From positions 1 to 64,000 of IMG/VR virus record IMGVR_UViG_3300020462_000001: a DNA stretch of 64,000 bases. The stretch is one strand, 5' to 3'. The notes beneath the pieces are model-generated. The model saw nothing but the letters and a program-made list of their open reading frames with translations. It had not been told where the DNA came from and did no database searches. This document shows, one piece after another, positions 1 through 7,632 of this stretch (within the stretch, counting starts at the first letter, position 1; each line of letters starts with the position of its first letter). This DNA is from a virus. A program made the translations under genes and the position numbers.

Positions 1-338
1 ACCAGTTGGAAAGGACCACCATTGTAAAGCCATTCATCCAAAGATGCTGCTTCCCAGATGGGGTAGAAGTGTAGACCGATTGCGTTTGAACTAGGAACAA
101 CTGCACCAGAGATGATGTTGTTACCATACATGAGTGAACCAGCTACGGGTTCACGGATACCATCGATGTCAACTGGTGGTGCTGCAATGAATGCGATGAT
201 GAAACAGATAGTTGCTGCAAGCAACGTAGGAATCATCAGAGTACCGAACCAACCGACATAGAGACGGTTTTGTGTAGACGTTACCCATTCACAGAAGTTC
301 TGCCATGGGGATGTAATAGAGCGTGTGAGTGTTGTCAT
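1..338 (-). CDS. psbA: Photosystem II D1 protein, 5' part (runs off window start)
   Basis: Manual translation from ATG at 338: [43 protein letters not shown]...[59 protein letters not shown]; not in ORF track. Confidence 0.99.
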   Translation of the reverse strand, partial: MTTLTRSITSPWQNFCEWVTSTQNRLYVGWFGTLMIPTLLAATICFIIAFIAAPPVDIDGIREPVAGSLMYGNNIISGAVVPSSNAIGLHFYPIWEAASLDEWLYNGGPFQL

Positions 339-354
339 TTGAAAAAGGGTTATG

Positions 355-460
355 TATTAGTGCAGGGAACACTAGGTAGTAGTATCTCCACTCTACCCTT
401 GCGAGTGGATATGAAAGACTGTTGTTTATACACGCTGTTTAGTCTTGGTAAGGCGTGTTA
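355..460 (-). ncRNA. Structured psbA 5' leader, PhotoRC-II-like RNA motif
   Basis: Stems at 430-458 (ACACGC/GCGTGT), 387-409 (TCCACTC/GAGTGGA) and 358-374; loop 441-446 can pair with 415-420 (pseudoknot). Position matches the known PhotoRC-II motif of cyanophage psbA. Confidence 0.7.
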
Positions 461-474
461 CGTTTCCGTTACAA

Positions 475-508
475 TATTTAGTATAACATACTACACCTCA
501 TATGTTAA
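475..508 (-). promoter_or_regulatory. psbA promoter: sigma70-type TTAACA-17-TATACT overlapping late-type CTAAATA
   Basis: -35 at 503-508, -10 at 480-485, TAAATA core at 475-480. Confidence 0.7.
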
Positions 509-530
509 GTACTTGCATTAAAAAACCCAT

Positions 531-594
531 ACTTAACAACTTGTGTTCATATGGGTAGAATAGGTTTGTGACCTTTGAAGGGATTGGCTTAGCT
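531..594 (+). repeat. 64-bp direct repeat copy 1 containing plus-strand promoter TTAACA-17-TAGAAT
   Basis: 58/64 identical without gaps to 63029-63092; 548-594 is 46/47 identical. Confidence 0.95.
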
Positions 595-749
595 TAGTAT
601 CTAAACTCTTGAAGCTTATCTAATACCTTATTGAGATATTCATCAGCAAGAGATCTTACCTCACCAATATCACTTCTTTGTTTGAGTTCATTCTTTAATT
701 CATACATGTGAGCCTCAAGCTCATACTTTGTTACTGGTCCTCTAGGCAT
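594..749 (-). CDS. Small hypothetical protein (51 aa)
   Basis: MPRGPVTKYELEAHMYELKNELKQRSDIGEVRSLADEYLNKVLDKLQEFRY*; GGAG RBS upstream; below ORF-track cutoff. Confidence 0.8.
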   Translation of the reverse strand: MPRGPVTKYELEAHMYELKNELKQRSDIGEVRSLADEYLNKVLDKLQEFRY

Positions 750-750
750 A

Positions 751-1008
751 TCATTGCTCCTTCATAATTTTATCAATAAAAGCTGCTCTCTTGGCCCAAG
801 TGTCCTTATCGCCATAGATGTGTCCCTTTTTATGTTTCGAGTTGATACATTGGGGACTCTCTTTAATACCACACACCAAGTTACTTAGTGTTTCTTCGTC
901 ACCTTTCTGACCTGTACTCCAGATATGTTGACCGTTTAACCATACTGCCCCACAGACAGTACACTCTTTACGCTCTAGTGAAAAGTCAGATACTTCTTTA
1001 TCAGACAT
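751..1008 (-). CDS. Cys-rich hypothetical protein
   Basis: RKECTVCGAVWLNGQHIW...LVC...CIN pattern; operon context. Confidence 0.75.
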   Translation of the reverse strand: MSDKEVSDFSLERKECTVCGAVWLNGQHIWSTGQKGDEETLSNLVCGIKESPQCINSKHKKGHIYGDKDTWAKRAAFIDKIMKEQ

Positions 1009-1247
1009 TAGAATGGAATAGATGGAATAGACGTACCACCTGATTCTACACCAGGAATTTCAGGTACACCACTATTTAACCCATTTACTAAAGATTCTGA
1101 AACCATTCCTTGAATTTCCTTAGTAATGTTTTCTTTTACTGACTCAGTAATACTATCTTTCTCAAGATAAACATATGTTCCACCAGCTACAATAGATGCA
1201 CTTACCAGAAAAGAACTGAAAGCCATAAGATTGATAAGTTTTTGCAT
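1008..1247 (-). CDS. Membrane-anchored hypothetical protein
   Basis: Likely start MQKLINLMAFSSFLVSASIVAGG (N-terminal TM helix); TAATG overlap with next gene. Confidence 0.75.
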   Translation of the reverse strand: MQKLINLMAFSSFLVSASIVAGGTYVYLEKDSITESVKENITKEIQGMVSESLVNGLNSGVPEIPGVESGGTSIPSIPF

Positions 1248-1332
1248 CGGTTTCAAGTGACTACAATATATATCTTCACTAGAATTCATAATTTACTAAA
1301 TAAATTGAAACAACGATAAGGTAAAGAAAAAG

Positions 1333-1830
1333 ATGAAGAAATTTCTTCTTTTGGTTTCTGCTTTATTAATCACAACACCATTGTCCGCTAGGGAAATTAA
1401 TTCTAGAATTACAGATTCAGTACAACTCACAGTTGATGGGGCAGCAGTCCAAACCCAAAGACTAGGGTCAACTTATTCTGTTTCTGGTTCAAACATAGCT
1501 GTAGATACGATGGGTGGATTGACTGGTGGCTCTGCCACAGCCCCAGCTACAATTAGTGCAGGTTCTTATGATATCAAAACTGATGGTTCTGCATTCAATT
1601 TATCAGAATCAGCATTCATAGGAGATACTGTAGCTACAACACAATCTATTGGAAATAACGGTAGATTTGCTTCACCAACAATATATGGTAACAGTACCAC
1701 AAGTGCAGGGGGAACAGCTGGAACCCTAGCCGGTACTTTATCAGGCACATCTATTCCAACCGTCACTGCTGGTGGACCTGGAACTACTGCTGTTGGACAA
1801 CGTACAATAGAACTAACTGTATTCAACTAA
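1333..1830 (+). CDS. Exported beta-rich Ser/Thr/Gly protein
   Basis: Signal peptide MKKFLLLVSALLITTPLSA; ends IELTVFN; late-type CTAAATA upstream. Confidence 0.8.
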   Translation: MKKFLLLVSALLITTPLSAREINSRITDSVQLTVDGAAVQTQRLGSTYSVSGSNIAVDTMGGLTGGSATAPATISAGSYDIKTDGSAFNLSESAFIGDTVATTQSIGNNGRFASPTIYGNSTTSAGGTAGTLAGTLSGTSIPTVTAGGPGTTAVGQRTIELTVFN

Positions 1831-2210
1831 TGAAAGATCTCCCATTAGCCATCATTTTAGGTGGACTTTTGGGAGTCCTTCATGGATTCTCACAACCAGT
1901 TCACTCAGCATCAGTTGTTCCTAACTTCACCAGAGGAACTGTTAACTCAGAAACAACATCTTCAACCACTGTTGTAGAGACGATAAGACAAATTGAATAC
2001 ACCACAGGTGAATCTTATACTGTCACAGGCACAAATATTATTATTCCTGAAAATCCTGGACGTGGATCTAGTTATAGAATAAGGGAACAAGGTGCCCCAT
2101 TCCAATTTAGTGAGACGTATCTTGGTCCCGGCATAGCCACGGAGACCCAAATTGACCGCACAACAACTACTGAAAGCTTTACTACTAGCCTCAGTGTGTT
2201 TACCCAGTAA
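1830..2210 (+). CDS. Exported beta-rich protein
   Basis: Hydrophobic N-terminus, VVPNF motif, ends LSVFTQ; TAATG coupling. Confidence 0.8.
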   Translation: MKDLPLAIILGGLLGVLHGFSQPVHSASVVPNFTRGTVNSETTSSTTVVETIRQIEYTTGESYTVTGTNIIIPENPGRGSSYRIREQGAPFQFSETYLGPGIATETQIDRTTTTESFTTSLSVFTQ

Positions 2211-2715
2211 CGCACTGGCCCAAGGTGCTCCACAAAATACAAATATAGCTGGTCCTTCAGCATCAGCTACAGGTAACGTAACCAATCAAGCAGTTCAAGT
2301 ACTACAAGGCCCCTTTGCCATTAATTCATATGGTTCGGGGGTCACATGTCAAGGCCCAACAGTTTCTATAGCACCTTTTGTTACAGCTAATAGAAACTAC
2401 AATCTAGATCCATCAACATTTCCAGCAGGTTCTGGTAATACTGGCTTAACTTTAGGGTTCAACATTCCCCTCGATGGTGGTCTTATTGAACTCTGTAAAG
2501 AAAGAGCTAGAGTTGAAACAGCAAGACAACAAGCAGAAGCAGACAAAGCAAGACTAGATTTTGAGTTAGTTCGTCTCCTCAAATGTGGTGAAGCTATGAA
2601 GACAGGTGTAAGATTTCACCCAAAATCTCCTTATGCTAGTATCTGTGCAGACATCATTGTAATCCAACCGCCACCACCTCCAGCCCCAGAACCTAAACCT
2701 GTATTGGTACCCTAA
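2152..2715 (+). CDS. Exported protein with Cys residues and Pro-rich tail (start uncertain)
   Basis: Signal-like LLKALLLASVCLPSNALA; ASATGNVTNQAVQ; KARLDFELVRLLKCGE. Confidence 0.8.
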   Translation: MTAQQLLKALLLASVCLPSNALAQGAPQNTNIAGPSASATGNVTNQAVQVLQGPFAINSYGSGVTCQGPTVSIAPFVTANRNYNLDPSTFPAGSGNTGLTLGFNIPLDGGLIELCKERARVETARQQAEADKARLDFELVRLLKCGEAMKTGVRFHPKSPYASICADIIVIQPPPPPAPEPKPVLVP

Positions 2716-2722
2716 CAAATAG

Positions 2723-2751
2723 TTGACCTTGAAAAACTTTATGTCTAATAT
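2723..2751 (+). promoter_or_regulatory. sigma70-type promoter TTGACC-17-TAATAT
   Basis: Direct motif match upstream of two small membrane-peptide ORFs. Confidence 0.6.
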
Positions 2752-2774
2752 AGATATAGAGTTTTCGAAAAACT

Positions 2775-2882
2775 ATGATCGGTACACTTATGCACAATGA
2801 CCTCTTTTTAGGAGGTCTTTGTTATGCCTTGATAGTAGTTCCAATCCTTGGATTGCAGGTTGTTCATAAAGGTGAGAAGTAA
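2775..2882 (+). CDS. Small single-TM peptide (35 aa)
   Basis: MIGTLMHNDLFLGGLCYALIVVPILGLQVVHKGEK*. Confidence 0.65.
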   Translation: MIGTLMHNDLFLGGLCYALIVVPILGLQVVHKGEK

Positions 2883-2998
2883 TGGAAGAGTTTCCTTGGG
2901 GCGTGTTTTATATTTTATCATCAGGATTAGTTTTCACTGGATATATTGTTCTGTACATATTGCATATGGCTTATAAAGAAATGGAGGAGAAAAACTAA
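2882..2998 (+). CDS. Small single-TM peptide (38 aa)
   Basis: MEEFPWGVFYILSSGLVFTGYIVLYILHMAYKEMEEKN*; TAATG overlap. Confidence 0.7.
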   Translation: MEEFPWGVFYILSSGLVFTGYIVLYILHMAYKEMEEKN

Positions 2999-3025
2999 AT
3001 AACTGAGAGTTTCCTGAGAGATCAA

Positions 3026-3487
3026 ATGGGTGCAATGGTTCCGCCTAGCCGCAAGAGTTGTTACAACTTTAGAGTTGTTGAGATCAATAGAGTGTTGGAT
3101 GGAGACACAATTGATGTCACCATCGACCTTGGATTTGATCTTTTCAAGAAAGAAAGAGTTAGAGTCGCAGGAGTTGATACTCCTGAGAAAAGAACTAAAA
3201 ACTTAGAGGAGAAAGCACTTGGAATCGACGCAACCAACTGGCTCAAAGAAAAGCTTGAAGGTGCTCTGGCTGGTGATGATGAGTTGTCTGTTAGGACTGA
3301 ACTTGTTGGTGGCGTCGGCAAATATGGGCGTCTTCTTGGTTGGTTATACCTTGGGGATGCGGAATTGTCCCTCAATGAGCAAATGATCACTGAGGGATAT
3401 GCCCATGAGTATGATGGGGGAACAAAGAACATGGACCTTGAAGCCTTACGAGAAATCCGTAGAGCACATGGCACATTGGTAGAATAG
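3026..3487 (+). CDS. Thermonuclease (SNase-family) endonuclease
   Basis: RVLDGDTIDV, RVRVAGVDTPE, GKYGRLLG, LNEQMITEGYA motifs. Confidence 0.9.
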   Translation: MGAMVPPSRKSCYNFRVVEINRVLDGDTIDVTIDLGFDLFKKERVRVAGVDTPEKRTKNLEEKALGIDATNWLKEKLEGALAGDDELSVRTELVGGVGKYGRLLGWLYLGDAELSLNEQMITEGYAHEYDGGTKNMDLEALREIRRAHGTLVE

Positions 3488-4276
3488 TTAGATAGAGAAT
3501 TTAGCTCCCAACTTCTTGATTATTGATTTGGGGGTTGCAAAATGCCTTGAAAATCTTTTTGTGCCCTCTTTTGAAAAATCTTTCTTAATCACATCATCGA
3601 TGATGATTTTGTTATCATATTCATAGAAAGAATTAAGCTCTACTTGATCTCTTAGATACTGCTCTAAGTTATCAATTTTATTGCCAATCACTTTTACACC
3701 ATCACCATCATACTGAAGTATCTGTACGGTTTTATCAACTTCTGGTATGAAGTGTAGAACTGGTTTCACCTGTTTAATTTTTATCTTTTTACTTTTAGCA
3801 GCTGCAATATTCTTCAATATTGGATCCATTCCAGATTTTAACTGAGTAAACAGAACTGTGGTTCCTAAAGCTGCAATAGTAGTAGCAACAGCCATTGCAC
3901 CTGCAGCTGCAATAGGTGCAGGATCAGGAACAGGTATATCAAGACCACCAATCTCTATGCTTGGTACTGTTACTTCTGGTTCTGGTGGTAAAGGAACAGA
4001 TGAATTCCTTGTCTCCATTGGAGGATCTGGTTGCCTCTGTTGAGACGGATTCATCTGCCCTCTAAATTCCTGTTCCGTTTGTAAATCAATTGTAGGATAC
4101 TCTATAGCTGTATCTGGAACATCCACCACAGGGGCTGTAAGACCCCTTACAACTGGTGGAGGTGGATTTACAGGTTCAGGTACATTTACAGATGATACAA
4201 CGGGTGATGGGAGTTCCTGAATAACATTACGGGCAATAATACTATTACTAGGAACTCTTATAGATTTTATTTCCAT
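3488..4276 (-). CDS. Pro-rich protein with central TM helix
   Basis: Pro-rich N-half, hydrophobic AAAGAMAVATTIAALGTTVLF, basic C-terminal domain. Confidence 0.8.
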   Translation of the reverse strand: MEIKSIRVPSNSIIARNVIQELPSPVVSSVNVPEPVNPPPPVVRGLTAPVVDVPDTAIEYPTIDLQTEQEFRGQMNPSQQRQPDPPMETRNSSVPLPPEPEVTVPSIEIGGLDIPVPDPAPIAAAGAMAVATTIAALGTTVLFTQLKSGMDPILKNIAAAKSKKIKIKQVKPVLHFIPEVDKTVQILQYDGDGVKVIGNKIDNLEQYLRDQVELNSFYEYDNKIIIDDVIKKDFSKEGTKRFSRHFATPKSIIKKLGAKFSI

Positions 4277-4282
4277 ATAGTT

Positions 4283-4561
4283 CTACATTGTTTTGGTTTC
4301 ATCTTTCTTTGCTTCTTTCTCCTCCTTCTTCTTAGCAGGAACAACTCCAAAAGTTGCGAGGGTTCCAGTGAACACTGATGCAATAAACGTTGGATCGATA
4401 TTCTTTTGTGGGATGCCGGGAACAGTTACATAATTAAGGGTCAGAATAGCTGCTGACCAACCCAATATAATAACTCTCACTAGGGTAGAAACACCCTCAT
4501 CAGCCCATTCAAACTTGTTTTCCTTTTTCTTTTTTAGTGGATCCTCGGGTTTCTTTTCCAT
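4283..4561 (-). CDS. Small two-TM membrane protein
   Basis: LVRVIILGWSAAILTLNYV and IDPTFIASVFTGTLATFGV segments with charged termini. Confidence 0.85.
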   Translation of the reverse strand: MEKKPEDPLKKKKENKFEWADEGVSTLVRVIILGWSAAILTLNYVTVPGIPQKNIDPTFIASVFTGTLATFGVVPAKKKEEKEAKKDETKTM

Positions 4562-4676
4562 GGTGCAGTGGTGTGGTATGAATATTTAGTTTTTAAAAAT
4601 CCAAAGGGGTCTAAAAAATACCAGGAAATTTTTTCCAACCTTTTTTCAAATAAAAAGTCAATTTTGTTTTGAGCAT

Positions 4677-4702
4677 AAAAAAGAGGCCCTACTCGGACCT
4701 CT
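4677..4702 (-). terminator. Rho-independent terminator
   Basis: AGAGGTCC-GAGTA-GGGCCTCT followed by T6. Confidence 0.75.
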
Positions 4703-4814
4703 GATAAACAGGAGTCATCATACCCCCGTCCATGTCATCATCGTCATCGATGATGTTCAAAAATATGTAAGCAATCACAAACCCCAATGATAAACCGAGG
4801 TAAGCGCTTACCAT
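4689..4814 (-). CDS. Small TM peptide with acidic DDDDDxxGGMMxP motif (41 aa)
   Basis: MVSAYLGLSLGFVIAYIFLNIIDDDDDMDGGMMTPVYQRSE*. Confidence 0.7.
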   Translation of the reverse strand: MVSAYLGLSLGFVIAYIFLNIIDDDDDMDGGMMTPVYQRSE

Positions 4815-4915
4815 AGACCAGGAATCACCTGACCTGTGACAGCATATGCTCCAATAGCTGCAATGATGCCAAGCATTGCCAGGCGTCCGTTAAGTTGTTC
4901 TGCGTTGTTGTTCAT
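4808..4915 (-). CDS. hli: High-light-inducible protein (35 aa)
   Basis: MNNNAEQLNGRLAMLGIIAAIGAYAVTGQVIPGLW*: AExxNGRxAMxG and TGQxIPG motifs. Confidence 0.95.
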   Translation of the reverse strand: MNNNAEQLNGRLAMLGIIAAIGAYAVTGQVIPGLW

Positions 4916-4995
4916 GATTCATCTCCTTTTTGTGTGAATAGGGCTGCACCTGCGAAGGTGGCCAATAGTATTCCAGATAATGCCAGTAGTTCCAT
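4912..4995 (-). CDS. Tiny TM peptide (27 aa) between hli genes
   Basis: MELLALSGILLATFAGAALFTQKGDES*; overlaps both neighbours (TAATG, ATGA). Confidence 0.65.
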   Translation of the reverse strand: MELLALSGILLATFAGAALFTQKGDES

Positions 4996-5204
4996 TAGAT
5001 AAGTCCGAAGAAAAGATTTCCTGTAATAGAATAAGAAAGAATAGCGAAGATAAAACCAATCATTGCCGCACGTCCATTCGCTCTTTCTGCACGTTCCGCG
5101 TAAGACTCATAACCATACTTTTCTGCATCAGTCTTAGAAACATACATTGTAGGCTCTTTTGCCCACATGTTTTGTTGGCCACGATCATTAGTTGTTACGG
5201 TCAT
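4995..5204 (-). CDS. hli: High-light-inducible protein
   Basis: AERANGRAAMIGF motif; NMWAKEP N-terminus. Confidence 0.95.
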   Translation of the reverse strand: MTVTTNDRGQQNMWAKEPTMYVSKTDAEKYGYESYAERAERANGRAAMIGFIFAILSYSITGNLFFGLI

Positions 5205-5257
5205 GAGTCTCCTTATGTAAAGTTATGTGTATATTATATATACTTTCTTTACATTTG

Positions 5258-6223
5258 TTAACTAGGAGTTGTTAGGGTTTCTACAACTTCAAGTGATTGT
5301 TGTCTGATTGACTCAGGAAGTGGGACATAACCAAGTGAATCAGAAGTTGATTGTGCCTCTTCACTCAACATGAATCTGAATACTTCCTTCATAGTATCAT
5401 TCTTCTCATGTTCTGGATTTGCTAACACCCATGTCAATGAGACAATAGGATACGAATTGGCACCACTAGGGTTAGGGTCACTACCACGGAGCTTATCGTC
5501 CAAGACGATTCTTGATAGACCCTCTGCAGATGTTTCAGCGTTTGCTTGAACATAGTTTCCATCCCTATTTTGGATCGATGCTTGTTGGAGTGTATCAGAG
5601 TTAACAACAAATCCATAGTTCAGATAACCAATAGAACCTTGTACTTGATTGATCTGAGCAGCAACACCAGAGTTACCCTTGGCCCCAATACCTGTGGGCC
5701 AATTAACTGCCTTACCACTACCAACTTCCTCAGACCATTGAGGAGAGAATGCAGATAGGGATGCAGTCCAACCAGCAGTTGTACCACTACCATCAGAACG
5801 ATAAACAACAGTGATAGTACCACCATCACAACCAACTTCTTCCCATGTATTGATATTACCGAGGTAGATATCTGATAGTTGAGTTTGTGTGAGTTTCAGA
5901 TCACAACCAGGATTATTATAGGCAGGAACAATAGCTCCACCTGTCATAGGAATCTGAACAATGGGTACTTCATTACCATCCTTTACGGCTTTATCTGAAG
6001 CACCAAAGTCCGTTGTTCCTGCATTAAATTGTCTTACACCTGCACCACTACCAACTGCTTGATAGTTTACTAGTGGTCCACCAGATTGTGCGAGTGTCGC
6101 AAACCATGATTGATATAGAGGTGCTGGGAATGTTGCACCAGCAGCACTAATTCTTGTAGTCGAAGAAGATGAACACGCAGCCAATAAACCGACTGCTAAA
6201 ACTGAACCAATTGCTTTTTTCAT
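5258..6223 (-). CDS. pstS: Phosphate ABC transporter substrate-binding lipoprotein
   Basis: Lipobox LLAAC; GATFPAPLY, GSGAG, DFGASD, YRSDGSGTT motifs. Confidence 0.97.
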   Translation of the reverse strand: MKKAIGSVLAVGLLAACSSSSTTRISAAGATFPAPLYQSWFATLAQSGGPLVNYQAVGSGAGVRQFNAGTTDFGASDKAVKDGNEVPIVQIPMTGGAIVPAYNNPGCDLKLTQTQLSDIYLGNINTWEEVGCDGGTITVVYRSDGSGTTAGWTASLSAFSPQWSEEVGSGKAVNWPTGIGAKGNSGVAAQINQVQGSIGYLNYGFVVNSDTLQQASIQNRDGNYVQANAETSAEGLSRIVLDDKLRGSDPNPSGANSYPIVSLTWVLANPEHEKNDTMKEVFRFMLSEEAQSTSDSLGYVPLPESIRQQSLEVVETLTTPS

Positions 6224-6247
6224 TATCCTCTGTTTGTTGTGTGCAAT

Positions 6248-6280
6248 AAAAAAGGGGAGCCTAAACTCCCCTATATTATA
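6248..6280 (-). promoter_or_regulatory. Extended -10 (TGgTATAAT) abutting a terminator-like hairpin upstream of pstS
   Basis: TATAAT at 6275-6280, hairpin 6253-6272, T-run 6248-6253. Confidence 0.6.
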
Positions 6281-6295
6281 CCATAGATCCTAAGA

Positions 6296-6658
6296 TCAGA
6301 AGCTGTAGGTCAGACCAACTTTGGTGCCATAACCGTTGTCATCTTCGTCAGTGATGAAGCCAACTTCACCATAAACGTTAACGTTATCGGTCACATCAAC
6401 ACCAACGCCAACCTTACCGGAGATCTCAGTCTCAAGATCTTCGCCATCAGCAGCAACGAAAGCAGGACCAGCTTGAATGTACCAAGCAGCAGAATCACCA
6501 AGACTCGACTCATAACCAGCGTGAGTTTCGGTCACGGTACCATCATAATCGGAACCAGTGAAACCGGTGTTGTTCTCGATGTTCACATAAGGACCAGCAA
6601 GAGCGGCACTAGCGGAAAGAGAAAGGGCAGCGGTTGCTGCGAATACAGATTTAAACAT
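6296..6658 (-). CDS. Small outer-membrane beta-barrel (porin-like) protein
   Basis: Signal peptide ending ALA; alternating beta strands; C-terminal KVGLTYSF barrel signal. Confidence 0.8.
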   Translation of the reverse strand: MFKSVFAATAALSLSASAALAGPYVNIENNTGFTGSDYDGTVTETHAGYESSLGDSAAWYIQAGPAFVAADGEDLETEISGKVGVGVDVTDNVNVYGEVGFITDEDDNGYGTKVGLTYSF

Positions 6659-6682
6659 TTAAATTACCTTTTTAATTTTACT

Positions 6683-6804
6683 TGTGGAGTGATTACCCAC
6701 AGATGAAAAGAGACTCGACTTGTCTCTGTCTTATCATATAAAACCTAATTCAAGTTTGCGGAAGTTGGTTTTATTGCTCAGTGTAAATACTTAGTCATTT
6801 ACAC
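6683..6804 (-). ncRNA. Candidate four-hairpin 5' leader RNA
   Basis: Stems at 6781-6804, 6738-6774, 6709-6727 and 6683-6701. Confidence 0.5.
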
Positions 6805-6825
6805 AGATGTATTTAGTATATTATA

Positions 6826-7632
6826 TTATTCTTTATCTGTTGAATTTGTTTGTGAGGGTTCGGATATCCTGCCAAGGTATGGATCATAATTCATCAACTC
6901 TTCTACCGGCATCTGTGCCCCTCTCTGAGACCAGAATGCCCACTGAGCATCATAGTTACCCTTATGGAAGGCATCAACGTGTTCAGGGTGAATACTACTA
7001 CCTAAGGGGATGTGATACAACAGGAGTGGTAAGGCATAAGTGTTACCTGAGTTGTATAGAAGATCATCTGCAACTGGTCTAGGTCTTACACCATTGTCCA
7101 GTTTATACTTATCCTTTCTTGTATGAAGATCGATCATCTTCTTTGCATGATGACGAGTGATCAAATAACAAGCAGTAGAGAATTCATTGACAAATCTCTT
7201 ATGAATCTTTATCTGAATGTCTCCAGTACAAATGATTGCAATCTGACATACATCCCAGTCATAAGGAATACGACAGAAGAAATCCTTCCAAGTAAAGTTC
7301 CAGAACTTAACCAACTCTAAACTACAATCATCTTCCATCATGATTGCATAAGGATCACCACTCTCATAGAATTGTTTGATGGCTTTGAGGTGAGAGGTCA
7401 CACAACCAATCTCACCACTACTTACCATGTCAGGGTATCTACCCTTCAGAATACCTCCTAGATCGTCATCACGACCATCATAGGCAGATACTCTTGTGTA
7501 GTTAGTGACACCCCAGTATTCAAACTGATCCTCCATATATTCACGTCTCTCTGGCTGACCATCCAGATTGATGTAGTAGATATGAGGAATTCCTTCTAGC
7601 TTATACTTTGACTTGTTCTTATCTCTGGTCAT
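6826..7632 (-). CDS. Glycosyltransferase family 25
   Basis: YINLD...ERR, RVSAYDG, GEIGCVTSHLKA, MEDD motifs. Confidence 0.9.
   Translation of the reverse strand: MTRDKNKSKYKLEGIPHIYYINLDGQPERREYMEDQFEYWGVTNYTRVSAYDGRDDDLGGILKGRYPDMVSSGEIGCVTSHLKAIKQFYESGDPYAIMMEDDCSLELVKFWNFTWKDFFCRIPYDWDVCQIAIICTGDIQIKIHKRFVNEFSTACYLITRHHAKKMIDLHTRKDKYKLDNGVRPRPVADDLLYNSGNTYALPLLLYHIPLGSSIHPEHVDAFHKGNYDAQWAFWSQRGAQMPVEELMNYDPYLGRISEPSQTNSTDKE

Noticed and set aside
270-521. 83-aa plus-strand ORF
   Set aside because: Antisense to the psbA start and its structured leader; no protein-like features
6224-6310. Pho box upstream of pstS
   Set aside because: No convincing 11-bp-periodic PyTTAAPyPy repeats visible
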